Shown: positions 11,830 through 24,129 of the stretch, in pieces
How the letters are laid out: every line of letters begins with the position of its first letter
Numbering within the stretch: the first letter of the stretch is position 1
DNA from: Octopus bimaculoides
Lineage: Eukaryota
Reading direction: 5' to 3'
Assembly (NCBI RefSeq): GCF_001194135.2
Contig: NC_068982.1
Coordinates: forward strand, 44,833,775-44,897,774
DNA length: 64,000 nt
Translations under genes and position numbers: made by a program
The notes under the pieces: model-generated
The model's input: only the letters and a program-made list of their open reading frames with translations
The model's database searches: none
What the model was told of the DNA's origin: nothing

Positions 11830-11999
11830 ACTCTTTTTTTACTCTTTTACTTGTTTCAGTAATTTGACTGCGGCCATGCTGGAGCACCGCCTTTAGTCGA
11901 GCAAATCGACCCCAGGACTTATTCTTTGTAAGCCTAGTACTTATTCTATCAGTCTCTTTTGCCAAACCACTAAGTTACCGGTACGTAAACACACCAGCA
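11830..11999 (-). mobile_element. SINE family B1 3' half, young, runs into gap
   Basis: Near-identical to 9535-9700. Confidence 0.9.
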
Positions 12000-12589
12000 N
12001 NNNNNNNNNNNNNNNNNNNNNNNNNNNNNNNNNNNNNNNNNNNNNNNNNNNNNNNNNNNNNNNNNNNNNNNNNNNNNNNNNNNNNNNNNNNNNNNNNNNN
12101 NNNNNNNNNNNNNNNNNNNNNNNNNNNNNNNNNNNNNNNNNNNNNNNNNNNNNNNNNNNNNNNNNNNNNNNNNNNNNNNNNNNNNNNNNNNNNNNNNNNN
12201 NNNNNNNNNNNNNNNNNNNNNNNNNNNNNNNNNNNNNNNNNNNNNNNNNNNNNNNNNNNNNNNNNNNNNNNNNNNNNNNNNNNNNNNNNNNNNNNNNNNN
12301 NNNNNNNNNNNNNNNNNNNNNNNNNNNNNNNNNNNNNNNNNNNNNNNNNNNNNNNNNNNNNNNNNNNNNNNNNNNNNNNNNNNNNNNNNNNNNNNNNNNN
12401 NNNNNNNNNNNNNNNNNNNNNNNNNNNNNNNNNNNNNNNNNNNNNNNNNNNNNNNNNNNNNNNNNNNNNNNNNNNNNNNNNNNNNNNNNNNNNNNNNNNN
12501 NNNNNNNNNNNNNNNNNNNNNNNNNNNNNNNNNNNNNNNNNNNNNNNNNNNNNNNNNNNNNNNNNNNNNNNNNNNNNNNNNNNNTGATA

Positions 12590-12675
12590 AATTAACTACC
12601 AGTGAAAACTGGGGTCAATGTAATCAACCAGTCCCCTCCCCACAAATTTCAGGCTTTGTGCCTTTAGTAGAAAAG

Positions 12676-12747
<72 letters not shown>

Positions 12748-12962
12748 TTAACATCTGAGAGCAGTGGATTGGCAAAATGGTCATCATGTTGAACAAAATG
12801 CTTAGTGGCATTTCTTCCTGCCCTTTACATTCTGAGTTCAAATCCTGCCGTGGTCAACTTTACACATCCATTTTAAGATCAATAGCATAAAGTATTGATG
12901 TTGATTTCAACAACCAACTCCCTTTAACTGAAACTGTACCACCTGTGCCCAAATCTGAAGCA
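12590..12962 (+). mobile_element. Two tandem SINE family A copies separated by a (TTA)n tail
   Basis: First is the 3' part ending in (tta)n at 12678-12748. Second has head tggcaaaatgg...gagttcaaatcc. Confidence 0.75.
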
Positions 12963-12969
12963 ATTATTT

Positions 12970-13290
12970 TAAAATGTTGCAAGCATGGTCTGCTGGATAT
13001 GTAATATCTGTGTGCATGAACAATGCAGCAAAACTGAGCTGAATGAGAAACTAAGTATAAGTGACATCAGATACAGTGTGCAAGAGAGGAAGACAATGCC
13101 ATTGGTCTAGACATGTGATTGTGATGTGTATACACAGTGACAACTAGATGAGAAAGTTCTGAGCAATCGAAGCAGAAAACTAAAGAAGACATGGGAAGAT
13201 GTGGTGAAGGTCGATTTCACCGAAGAATTGACAATGTCAGTAAAAACCTGCTTTGCTTATTCTAACATGGATAAGCTGGTATAAAATGAT
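12970..13290 (+). mobile_element. RTE-clade LINE 3' end fragment
   Basis: Translates to ASMVCWICNICVHEQ...LNEKLSISDIRYSVQER and KTWEDVVKVD, typical of the RTE C-terminus; ends in (atg)n. Confidence 0.75.
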
Positions 13291-13534
13291 GATGATGATG
13301 ACAATGCCACCGCCAACGGCGACAACAATGACTTTGAGGACAATGATGAAGATGAAGGTGGTAGTGATGGTGGTGGTGGTGGTGGTGGTGGTGGTGAGAG
13401 TTGCTGCAGCAGCTGTGGTTGTGGCAGTAGGGGCAGTAGCAGTAGTGGTGACAACATCAATGATGACAATAACGATGATAAGGATGAGGNNNNNNNNNNG
13501 CAGTAGTGGTGACAACATCAATGATGCCAATAAC

Positions 13535-13618
<84 letters not shown>

Positions 13619-13625
13619 GATGACG
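13285..13625. repeat. Compound trinucleotide repeats (GAT/GGT/GTT)n
   Basis: Direct reading; continues from the RTE tail. Confidence 0.9.
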
Positions 13626-14639
13626 GCCAGGAAAATGAGATGCTGCAAAAGAGCAAGGAAGACATGCTACTGTCACATATTCCTTTATTACAGTATTACT
13701 GAAGATGACAGTCCACCAAATGTTCTGGAACTGTACGAAACAGATATAAATGAATTCCTACCTACTTACACATGCGCACACTCACACACACAAACACACA
13801 CATGCATAGAAAGAAATGGTCTTAGCTTCAGCTTTTAAAGCACATTATTATATTCATTGAGCTAGATATAACACAAAAACGTATTCGACAACATTGTCTC
13901 TACAGGAAGAAAAACTAGTTCTTATGATTCATTGACTCAAAAGTTGTGTGTCTAAAACTAAAATACCAGGAGTTAATAATTGCTGTAGTAATTGTTGCCG
14001 AAGTTATTGTCCTTGTATACGTTAAAATGCTATTGTTAAAATGTGTATTGCATGCAGGTTAACATAATCAATGCTTGTCATTGATTATTAAACAAATCAA
14101 CATTGAAGCCAAGTGTTAATTTTCAGCTACAACGGTCAATTAATAATCATTAGGTCGTCATTCCAGATTCTCATGTCGATGTCCTGAGAATTCAGTGGAG
14201 ACTGGTAATATAAAGTGATGTTGGCTCCACATCAATGAAATAAATGAAATAATAGCTAGAAATGGTGGGCAGAAATTGAAAAGAATGTTGCAACAAGTTG
14301 TTTACAATGAACCACATTAATATTTTCAAAGTGACTATTGATTGGTTAATTGATTGATTGATAGATTTCAAAGCTGAAGTTCTGAGAAGAATGGCTGGAG
14401 CACTAATTTTTAAGCATGACTTGAATTCAAATAATAAGGTGGTGGTGGTGGCAGTGGCAGTGGTGATGGTGGTAGTGGTGGCAGTGGTGGTGGTGGTGGT
14501 GGTGGTGGTGGTGGTGGTGGTGGTGGTGGTGGTGGTGGTGGCAGCAGTGGTGTGGTAGTAGTGGTGGTAGTGATGGTGGTGGTCCTTCTTTTCCTGGTGG
14601 ATCCTTGGAAGAATTAAAGGTTAGCAGTACAGCCTAAGG

Positions 14640-15005
14640 AAACCCTCATCAGGTCACGTACCTGTTAATTGACTGACAGGCACTCTGACAGTTATGATGA
14701 TGAGGGTTCCAGTTAATCGAATCAATGAAACAACCTGCTCTTCAAATGAATGTGCAAGCAGCTGATCACTCCACAGACAGACACACATTCCCTTCATGTA
14801 GTTCTTAGGGAGATTCAGCGTGACACAGAATGTCATAAGGCTGGCCCTTTGATGTATAGGTTCTACTCACTTTTGCCAGCTGAGTGGACTGCAGCAACGT
14901 GAAACAAAGTGACTTGCTCAAGGACACAATGCACCGCTGAAAACCAAATTCATGACCTTGTGATCATGCATCAAATACTCTAACCACTAAGCCATGTACC
15001 TTCAC
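14640..15005 (-). mobile_element. SINE family E, near full length
   Basis: Minus-strand head tggcttagtggttagagt, central tgtccttgagcaagtcacttt...ccactcagctggcaaaa, distinct 3' body; head shared with 49505-49660. Confidence 0.75.
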
Positions 15006-16066
15006 ATCTGTTAATTATCACAAGGAACAATGCCTCCAGAAAAATGAGCATTTTTTTACAGCTAGATATTTTACATCTTTACTAAGAATTTTTCACTTGA
15101 AGCACAATGCAAGACTGATGACAAGAATGATTCAAAAACCAATAATCATTTAATCAGAAAGGCAAACATTGTAAACAAATGTGAATGTGACCTAGGGTCC
15201 AAATCTTATAAAGACTGGTGTTTAGCTACAGTTTCTTGGTATTAAACAAATGTGAGAGAATCTATTTTTGAAAAGGGTACCCAGTTTACTTCAAGTAACA
15301 CTTGTAGAAGATTTAGTTCCAGTTCTGAAAGCTAGCTGAAGTGACCTGAAAAAAGTAGAGATACTCTGTAAAGTTGTTGGTTTTATGATGGGTATCCAGA
15401 TGCAGAGACTATGCCGAAGAAGATATTGGGGCTTGGCGATGTCCCCTGACTTACTGGCTCCTGTCAAACTGTCCAACACATGCCAGTATGAAAACATATT
15501 AAATGTTGGTAGTGGTGGCAGTCGTGGCAGTGGTGAGGAGGAGAAGGAGGGGGAGGAGGAGGAGGATGCACTATAGAATATAAGCTGTGGATTTGACTTG
15601 AGAATCTACAATAACTTCTGTGCTTATTTAGCTATTTCATTTTTTACATCCACACAAAGAAGTCTTCTGCAGTACTCAAACTGGAAAACATTTTTCTGCA
15701 AATATTATTTTGCTAAAAACTTTCCTTCTAAAATAATTACTAATCTCATTCATATTTATAGATTGTTCAACTAATAAATATTAATGATTTTTTAAGTAAC
15801 AAAGAAACCAGCCAATTTGCTTCTCATTCCAATATATTAAAATGGTCTGGGAATAATTTCAGTTGAATGGCTTAAGGTCACAAAACAATCAATGACATAG
15901 TGCACCTATTGTTAACAAGTAATGAAATGTACCTCCCTGTGATACTTACTAACAGCTCAAACCAGTGGAGGAACTTTTATATCAGGCTTGGACAACCTTT
16001 GTCAAAAGCAGGCTACATGAGACATGATTCATCATCAAACAAGTTGCACTAGTAAAAGCAATTTAA

Positions 16067-16289
16067 CCCCTTAGTATTCAAGATTACTCTGTCAAATGTA
16101 ATCCCTATTTATTTTCCCATTGTTTTGAATTAATCATGCATTATCTTGTAGCTTTGAGATTTCATTGATGTGATTGTATATTTGTACAATGATATTGTAC
16201 AGTAGGTGTGAGAGGCTGGCCGTGGCTGGTTTAAACATGAAACAGTCAGAATATTTTGGCCAGATGTGGCTGGTTTAAATGCTAAAGAG
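16067..16289. mobile_element. piggyBac-type MITE, family P2
   Basis: TTAA-CCCCTTAGTATT ... AATGCTAAAGAG-TTAA; colinear with 43060-43281. Confidence 0.85.
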
Positions 16290-17912
16290 TTAAAGTAATT
16301 TTTTTGTTAGGCATACCATTTGATAAGTCCCATAAGCCATAAACTGCCCATGACTGCTCTATGTAGTCACTCATCTAATAAGAAATAGTAGTCAAATCTC
16401 ATTCAGTTCACACTCTGTCATCTTTAAAATAAAATGACGAATTGGAATGCAAAAAGTGGTAATGTTTATAACTAGAATGCCTTTAATGGTAGGTCTGCTT
16501 AATCAGAACTGACCCAGATCTAAACAATAACCTATTAAAGATGAACTGTATCATTGAGAAGGAAGTGCTTTAACAGAGAAACAGTGTGGTGTTAATGATT
16601 AGATACAAGCCTTTAACCCTTTCACTAGTAAGGCCAGTTGTGATTCTAAATACATAGTTGATACTGAAATATTTAAACAGTTATTTTGATGCCAGAAGTC
16701 TGCCTGTACAGAGATGACCAGAAGTTTTTAAGAAGAAGAAGAACAACAACAACAACAACAACAACACTTGAGGTATTCAAATGTAAAATTACTCAACATT
16801 CCTTAGTTCTACTTCTTTCAAAGAATAGATGTAAAACTAATTAAAAACAAGTCTCTGGAAAATATTTTTTCATATCATGTGATGAATGCTGCAGTAATCT
16901 CTATATAAATACCACTACAGTCATTTGAGACCATTCAGCTTGCTTATGTTATAGCCATAGAAAAATAAAAATGTACCACCTTCTTATTTAGACCCTTAAT
17001 ATATATTGTACACACAAAAAAAAAAAACATATGGAATAACTATAGCAACAACTGAAGAATTCTGTAATGCTCAACTGTGAATGGAATATTTAGCATCTAG
17101 CCAAATTCAAATTCAGGCAAAGAAGGACAATTGAGAAAATTTTGGGAATATAATTTATGACAACCCGATTTTCACCTTTTCCCTTTCTTCTTTCTTCTTT
17201 CTTCTTTCTTCTTTCTTTTTTCTTTTTCTTTTTTTTTTTTTTCTTTGCTATCTCTTATAGCAGTCTTGCCTCTAGTTCCAATAAATCAGTGTGACTTCTT
17301 ATCTAATTATTCCTGATAGATGTTCTGAATGTTAATGAGATATATCTTCAAGAGAAATTTTCCTTGCCAAATATACACATGTATGTACTCATGAGTGCTT
17401 TGCCATCAATTACATATGTGGAATGAATATATTTTTGTCATTATTAAATGTATGCTAAGCTTACAAAGGTTATTGGCATAATACAATGCAAAGAGAAAAT
17501 TTTCTTTTGTAATATACACAAACTTGTAACAATAAAATGAAGTAATAATGCTGTTAGTTAATTACAAGCAGTTAATAAAAGCTAAAGAAAATTAATAAAA
17601 AATAATCAATATAAAGAGAACAATACACTCAGTTAATACATTTACCTTTGTTTCTACTTTTACTGGTTTCAGCCAGAAGTTGTGTCCATGTTGAGGATTG
17701 TCTTTAGTACAACAGGTCTTTATTTCATAATTGGTTTTTATTTCAGTTCTTGGCTCTCTCTGTCCAAAGCTGTTTCCGGTAAGGTAGTGAATTGGTCAGA
17801 GCTGCTCTTCTTTATATTTCCTGCAGCAATATGGGTTCATTTGGTGCCCCGGATAAGAATTTGCTTAAATGTTGTTTTACAGAATATTGAAAAAAAGTTG
17901 TGCATACACATA

Positions 17913-18393
17913 CTGGGTCATCCCATAAATAATGCAATTTATACTTCTTTTATTCTTCAAAACTGAGATAAACAAAGTTCTTTTTTAATCTTAAATATAC
18001 TCTCCTTCATTTTCTACAATACTCTTCCATCTATCTGGTAGACTTGCAAAGCTCCTCTTCCAAAATTCACTAGTCCATGATGAAAAATACTCCTCCAGAC
18101 AAGAACGACAGAATGCTCATTGAAAAATGTCATGTCGGAATGAAGACATATGTCAGCATATGTAAGCTCTCTGAACACCTGCAGGAAGTGTCCATGATTT
18201 CCACATCAGTGCTGCTCATGGTTAGAAACACAATCAAGCTATAGAATTGCTCAAAACTGAATTGCAGCCATGTCATACATTGCACTCACCTTTGAGTGCT
18301 CTGTTTCATATAGCAGAAACTGTTGTAAGCTAATGAAAGTCATTACATAACTCCTATTTTTTTTAGCCATTCATTAATTAATATAATACTCTG
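17913..18393 (-). mobile_element. Internally deleted mariner remnant
   Basis: Left end TA-ctgggtcatcccataaataatgc. Minus strand encodes LEEYFSSWTSEFWKRSFASLPDRWKSIVENEGEYI*, a mariner transposase C-terminus. Right TIR is degenerate (13/22 by eye). Confidence 0.75.
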
Positions 18394-18400
18394 TACTTAC

Positions 18401-18465
18401 CTGATGCTTTACTCTGAAGCATAACTGTATTGAATTCTAAAAACTGGTTATTAGTATTGCCATGC
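18401..18465 (-). CDS. Possible small host exon, unknown gene
   Basis: Acceptor atttcacttag|, donor cag|gtaagta, open frame HGNTNNQFLEFNTVMLQSKAS. No homology recognised. Confidence 0.2.
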
Positions 18466-19091
18466 CTAAGTGAAATTATAAAGTATATCTTTTTCTAATG
18501 TGTAGGCATCAGTAAATAAACCGAAAAATTGGTGCTTTCAAATATAAATACACTGCATGGTATTAATTCTACAAAAGATATGCAGACAATGAACAGACAA
18601 TGACTTGTCACTCTCATCTTCAGAAATGCATTGAAACAGTGATTGGTTTATTGAAAACCTGTAATCAATGGTGCTATTGTTGATATGAAATATTTTTAAA
18701 GAAACAGATAAAAGCAAATATTTAAAAAAAACTTTTGGCAACAAATGGCTTCTCTCTGTATAGACAAAGCTGATTACATGAAGTTATGTTTATGCAGTGG
18801 TGTATGATGGTACAACATAGACAGTGAGTGTATGGTTTGTTATATGAGCATGCATGCAGTGAAGACAACTCCAAAGGTTTCGGAATGTACTATATGTGGT
18901 GAACAGAAAGGTGCATTAGATTTGTGATGAAAGATATCTTCAGTAAATGTAGATAAAAATTTGAGAAATTGTAGATAGATCAGATTCTAGAGCAAACAAT
19001 AAGTCATACACATGTGATGCATAACATATTGCTGATATAATCTAGACAAAGCATTATTATTATTATTTTTTTTTTTTTTTTTTATTATTAA

Positions 19092-19310
19092 GGTAGCGAG
19101 CTGGTAGATTTGTTATCATGCCAGATAAAATCCATAGCAGTATTTTGTCCATCTTTATGTACTGAGTTCAGATTCTTCCAAAGTTGACTTTGCTTTTCAT
19201 CCTTACAGGGTCGATAAAATAAGTACTAGTTGAGTACTGGAGTGAATGTAATCAACTTATCCCCTCCCGCAAAATTTCTGGCCTTGTACCAAAATTTGAA
19301 ATCATTATTA
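19092..19310 (+). mobile_element. SINE family A
   Basis: Head, then ttgactttgcttttcatcc...gataaaataagtac, ending aaaatttgaaa(tta). Confidence 0.85.
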
Positions 19311-19311
19311 T

Positions 19312-19622
19312 TTTGGTTTGGCTCAGGTTCAGTCTTATTCCTGGTAGGAATTATGTGGATAGTGGGTTACTACCTGTAACCTTAGGTATCCACAAGTTTT
19401 CAGCAGTCTTTCAAGTGCTTAGAACCCTCCTGATAATCCTTGTTGTCCCTAAGAGACAAACTTTTTGTAGGAGCTCTACCGGGCATTCTATTTCAATCTT
19501 CTTCAGCCATTTGTCTATATCTTGGCTTACTGTTCCCAATGCACCAATTATTATAGGCATGGCTTTTGCTATTCACATGCTGCAAATTCTTCCTATTTCA
19601 AATTTTAAGGGATTGTATTTTC
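19312..19622 (-). mobile_element. R4/Dong-clade non-LTR retrotransposon, 5'-truncated
   Basis: Minus strand: KYNPLKFEIGRI...AMPIIIGALGTV...KWLKKIEI...LLQKVCLLGTTRIIRRVLST* (stop at 19411-19413), the C-terminus of a restriction-like endonuclease. About 100-nt 3' UTR; TAA repeats on both sides. Confidence 0.8.
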
Positions 19623-19664
<42 letters not shown>

Positions 19665-19875
19665 AGCTAGCAGAATTGCTAGCATACTGGACAAAATGCT
19701 TTAATGGCTTTTCATGTCTTTCTATGCTGTGTTCTAATTCCGCCAAGGTCAACTTTGCCTTTCATCCTGAAATAAGTACCAAAGTACCTGTTGAACACTG
19801 GGGGTAAGGTAATCAACTAGCCCTCTCCCCCAAAATTTCAGACCTTTTGCCAATAGTAGAAAGGATTATCATTAC

Positions 19876-19929
<54 letters not shown>

Positions 19930-20162
19930 GAGCTAGCAGAATCATTAGCATACCAGTCAAAAAGCTTAACAGCATTTCATCCATCTTTATGCTCTAGGTT
20001 CAAATTCTGCCAAGGTCAACTTTGCTTTCCATTCTTTTGGAGTCGATAAAATAAGTACCAGTTTAACACTGGGGTTGATGTAATTAACTTGCCCCATCTC
20101 CCAAAATTGCAGAGCTTGTACCAAAATTGAAAACCATTATTATTATTATTATTATTATTATA

Positions 20163-20198
<36 letters not shown>
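19665..20198 (+). mobile_element. Two head-to-tail SINE family A copies, each with a (TTA)n tail
   Basis: Copies at about 19665-19865 and 19930-20135. Confidence 0.85.
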
Positions 20199-20987
20199 GT
20201 GTACCTATACAGAATTACTCATTGTATTTAATCTCCTCCAATTTTTATGCATGCTGTGTGTGCGCATGTGCATGTGTGTTTGTATGTGTTACGTTCTATA
20301 TATTGTTTTTAATTCATTGCTGTATTAAGTTTTCTTTTGAATTTTATCTGGATTTCTTTTTATTTACCTATTTTAGATTTTCTCCTAATTTGCTTCTTTT
20401 TTTTTATTAGATGTCTATTATCTAATGTATTTCATAGAATATTTCTTATTAGTTGCATGAATTCCTTGATAAAACATTTACAAGGCTTTTAAGCTGCTTT
20501 GTTTCATTTGTTTTGTATGTTGGGGAGAAAGAAAGAGAAAAAGAAAAAGTGAGAGCGAGAGAGAGTAAGTCAAGGAAAAAATATAAGTGCTTGCACATGT
20601 ATGCTTGTGCATGTGCATCGGTGTTTGTGTGTGTATATGTATATCTTATTTCTGTATATATGTGTGTGTTTGTGAATATGTGTTGCTCTTCTGTAGCTAA
20701 CAGTAGGATCCAATTGTCATTTCACTTGCACTATTATACCAACAGCAAGTAGCTGCATTCATTGTAACTATTCCAGTTCAGATAGCCTAGCTGAAGCATA
20801 TATAAACCTCGTATAAGTAAAAAAAAATACACAAATAAATACAATAAAATAAAACAATATAGGCATCCACACCATTGAGCCATTCAGGTACGCACATACT
20901 GCACTAAGTATGCATATGCCTATAGTGCATATGTGCACAGTTGCAGGTCCATATCTAACATACAGATGCATATATCTCTATCATATG

Positions 20988-21037
<50 letters not shown>

Positions 21038-21559
21038 ATATACACACACACACATATATATATACATCCATACATACATACATATATATAGTTAAAGAGC
21101 AAAATTACCCAGATAATATTAAATATTTAAAGAGCTGTATACAACCTATTAACACCAGTAAATTCACTGCCATGCACAAATTCAGTCTATCTCATACAGA
21201 TTATGAACCAACTATGTATTGATCTTCCTCCAGATTTCAACTAAATGTTTCTTACACATTTGTAAAGGAGTAACTAAATATTGTGCTGTTCATACATAAA
21301 CAATGACCTTGGTGAAAGCTAAAAGAAAGAGTTCTTCTATGAATAGAAACCAGATTGCTTACTCAGTTTACAGAAAACTACTTTAGGGGTTTGGAACAGG
21401 TGGGTCATTGCAATGTTTTTGTGTGCCACTGAGCCTCTAATGGCTTTTAGATCATGATTTGTAAGCATTGCCAGAAATAGAAATGGCATAGTATGATAAC
21501 CTGGGGATTTTTTTTATATATGTAAGATATGATATATAAAAAAGCAAAAAAAAGGAGCA

Positions 21560-21754
21560 GGGGTCCTTTCCAAGCCACAGGCTCAGTAAAGCTAGTTTCC
21601 TAGTTCTGTTGTGTTTATATTCCTCCTGGATGGGATGCTGATCTGTCACAGAATTACTCAATTTTGCCATCTGAATAGACTAGAACAATATGAAATGAAG
21701 TGTTTTGCTCAAGAACACAACAAATCACATGCTCCAGAAATTGCAACCACATGC
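21560..21754 (-). mobile_element. SINE family G, head interrupted by piggyBac
   Basis: Body matches 57930-58205; homology stops at the TTAA at 21755. Confidence 0.65.
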
Positions 21755-21758
21755 TTAA

Positions 21759-22744
21759 CCCTGTGAATCCCAAATATCTATTGTCTTCAGCACCCTCAGC
21801 CCAGGTTCCCTGGGTAAAAGAGCCAAAAAAATGATTTTTCACCAAATATTTTTTCAGTATTGCTAAAATGTGTTTTGTCTCTCATATTGAAATAAAATGC
21901 CAAATAGAGGGAAACATTGTCCTTACCACGAGGGTTTTTGTTTTTTTTAATTGCAAACACTGGCGCTTGTAGTGTCAGTCGAACCAGCAGTTACTGTCTG
22001 ATTTTCCAATGCAGAGGAACTCCTCACAATATTTGCATCTGTAAACAGTCTTACAGCATTTGGGTAAGTCTTTGTCCTCAGCCTGGAAGTTCATCTGTTT
22101 TGACCTCAGGTATTTTTCCCTGCACACCCTGCAACAAATAATTGCGGGATACTGTTTCTGTCCTTTCTACGTCATGGTGTGCGTTACATAACAGCCTCTT
22201 TTCATCATCCTGCTCAGCTGAGCATCATCTGCCAAAGTCAGTGTTCTTGTTTCTAACATTGCCAATAAGTTCATGGCAGAGTTTATCTAGAAAGAAGTGA
22301 AATGTGTACACTCTCTTTCCAGTGGGGTGATGCAATTTAAAGTAGCCCATCAACATGTATGCGTTGTAGGCGGCCCACATAAAAAACTTTACCATCAGGT
22401 GCCTAGGCCACTTGTATTGACAGCAACACTTTTGAAGTCAAGTCATCTGATGGATTATTTGGCATAAATTGATGCTCTACAAAACCTGTAGTGTCTCTCT
22501 GCCATCCTGAAAGAGTATTGGCTCTTATTCTGAGCAGAACATTGGGCCTACCACCTTGCCGGCCACGATGTGGAGTGCACCTGCCGTTCCCACCACAAAC
22601 ATAAACACGCTCCCTATTCTGACAACCGATAGGCACTGCACCATGCACACTTTCCAGGTCTAAATCATTGTCAGATTCACTCTCAGAATCAGCATTATTG
22701 CCATAATCATCATTGTCAATGTCCTCTTCATCAGACGACAACAC
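21759..22744 (-). mobile_element. Internally deleted piggyBac transposon remnant
   Basis: TTAA-CCC terminus at 21755-21761. Minus strand has an acidic N-terminus (SSDEEDIDNDD..SESESD) joined to YKWPRHL..WAAYNAYML..FLDKLCHELI and a Cys-rich domain CRVC..CKYC..FLC..NCWFD*H. DDD core absent; 5' end replaced by a SINE. Confidence 0.85.
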
Positions 22745-23024
22745 TTACTCTTTTACTCTTTTACTTGTTTCAGTCAATTGACTGTGGCCATGCTGGAGCA
22801 CCACCTTTAGTCGAAGAAATCGACCCCAGGACTTATTCTTTGCAAGCCTAGTACTTAGTCTATTGGTCTATTTTGCCGAACCACTAAGTTACGGAGATGT
22901 AAACACACCATCATCGGTTGTCAAGCGATGTTGGGGGACAAACACAGACACACATATATACGACGGGCTTCTTTCAGTTTCCATCTACCAAATCCACTCT
23001 CAAGGCTTTGAAAGAAGTCCATCA

Positions 23025-23066
<42 letters not shown>

Positions 23067-23280
23067 GTGTCTCTTTGTCTTGGCATTGCATGGCAGTCAT
23101 AAATGAGCATCACCATCATACAATCATTGTCCTTTGTCTTTTGTCTTTCATGGTAAAATATTGCTTTGCTTGGAAACAAGTGAGAGATGGCAACAGGGAA
23201 GGCATCTTGTAGAAAATCTGCCTCTATGAATTCCACTCAACCCTTGTGAGCACATTAAAGCAGACATTAAAGTGATGATG
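22745..23280. mobile_element. SINE B1 (minus, 22745-23010, young, head missing) abutting a B2 3' half (plus, 23060-23280)
   Basis: Direct match to 9535-9810 and to 55120-55370. Confidence 0.8.
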
Positions 23281-23541
23281 ATGAATTTGATGATGATTAT
23301 AATGATGATCATGATGATGATCATGATCAGGAGAAGGAGGAGGTCCAAAGACTAAGATTTATATAGTAAGCATAAATAAATGCTTAACACATTTTCAAAG
23401 TCATTAGCAACAGAAGAAAACCCTTACTTTACAGCTGATCTTTGGTGTTTACTATCATAATCCAATTAATATATTTCTTATATAAGCACGGATTTTAAGA
23501 TTATTAAGCAAAGCTAAATGGAAAACTATGACATTTATATA

Positions 23542-24034
23542 CAAAGTCTGATCAAAAATGCATCAGGAATTGTGCTATAAACAGAAAACTTCAACACATA
23601 TATCAATTCAACATTTAATCTTCTTCGAAGTGGTACCCTTCTGAAAAAAAAAAGCCACACATTTTATCCAGCATTGTTTCCATTCATGGAAGCATTCCTG
23701 GAACTCCTTTTTGAGGATAGCAAACAGCTGCCTCATTGCATTCTCCTGGATTTCCTCAACATCTTGAAATCTTGTTCCATCACCTGTTATGTTCATTTTC
23801 AAAAAGATTTATCTTTCTCAACACAATCAAGGAGATTCTGTGCAGATGAAACCCAATCTTCTTTTTGAAAAAACCGCACTCTACACACTTTACTTCCAAG
23901 CACTGCTATAAACAATAGAAAGTGAGTGAGAATGTTATAACTTAGTGAGGATGCGCAACAGAGTTCAAAGTCAATCTATGTCAAGTGGTTTCATGCTGCA
24001 TACTTCAGCTCCATTACATTTTGATGAGACCCCG
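23542..24034 (-). mobile_element. Internally deleted mariner element
   Basis: TA-caaagtctgatcaaaaa ... ttttgatgagaccccg-TA TIRs. Minus strand has GTRFQDVEEIQENAMRQLFAILKKEFQECFHEWKQCWIKCV..GYHFEED*. Confidence 0.85.
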
Positions 24035-24129
24035 TATTTTTCAATGTGCAAAATTCGGATGCAGCGTTCATATTCCAAGGACATAGCTCATGTAATATTT
24101 GGTTGCAAATAGCCTGGTCCATAGCTTAC

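Noticed and set aside
13620-13790. Protein-looking peptide MRCCKRARKTCYCHIFLYYSITEDDSPPNVLELYETDINEF
   Set aside because: Sits between simple repeats; no donor site and no recognisable homology.
14169-14206. Possible 38-nt micro-exon (DSHVDVLRIQWRL)
   Set aside because: AG/GT pair of chance quality; no supporting neighbours.
15385-15576. 63-aa ORF with acidic tail
   Set aside because: Decayed family D copy followed by a (GAG)n tract.
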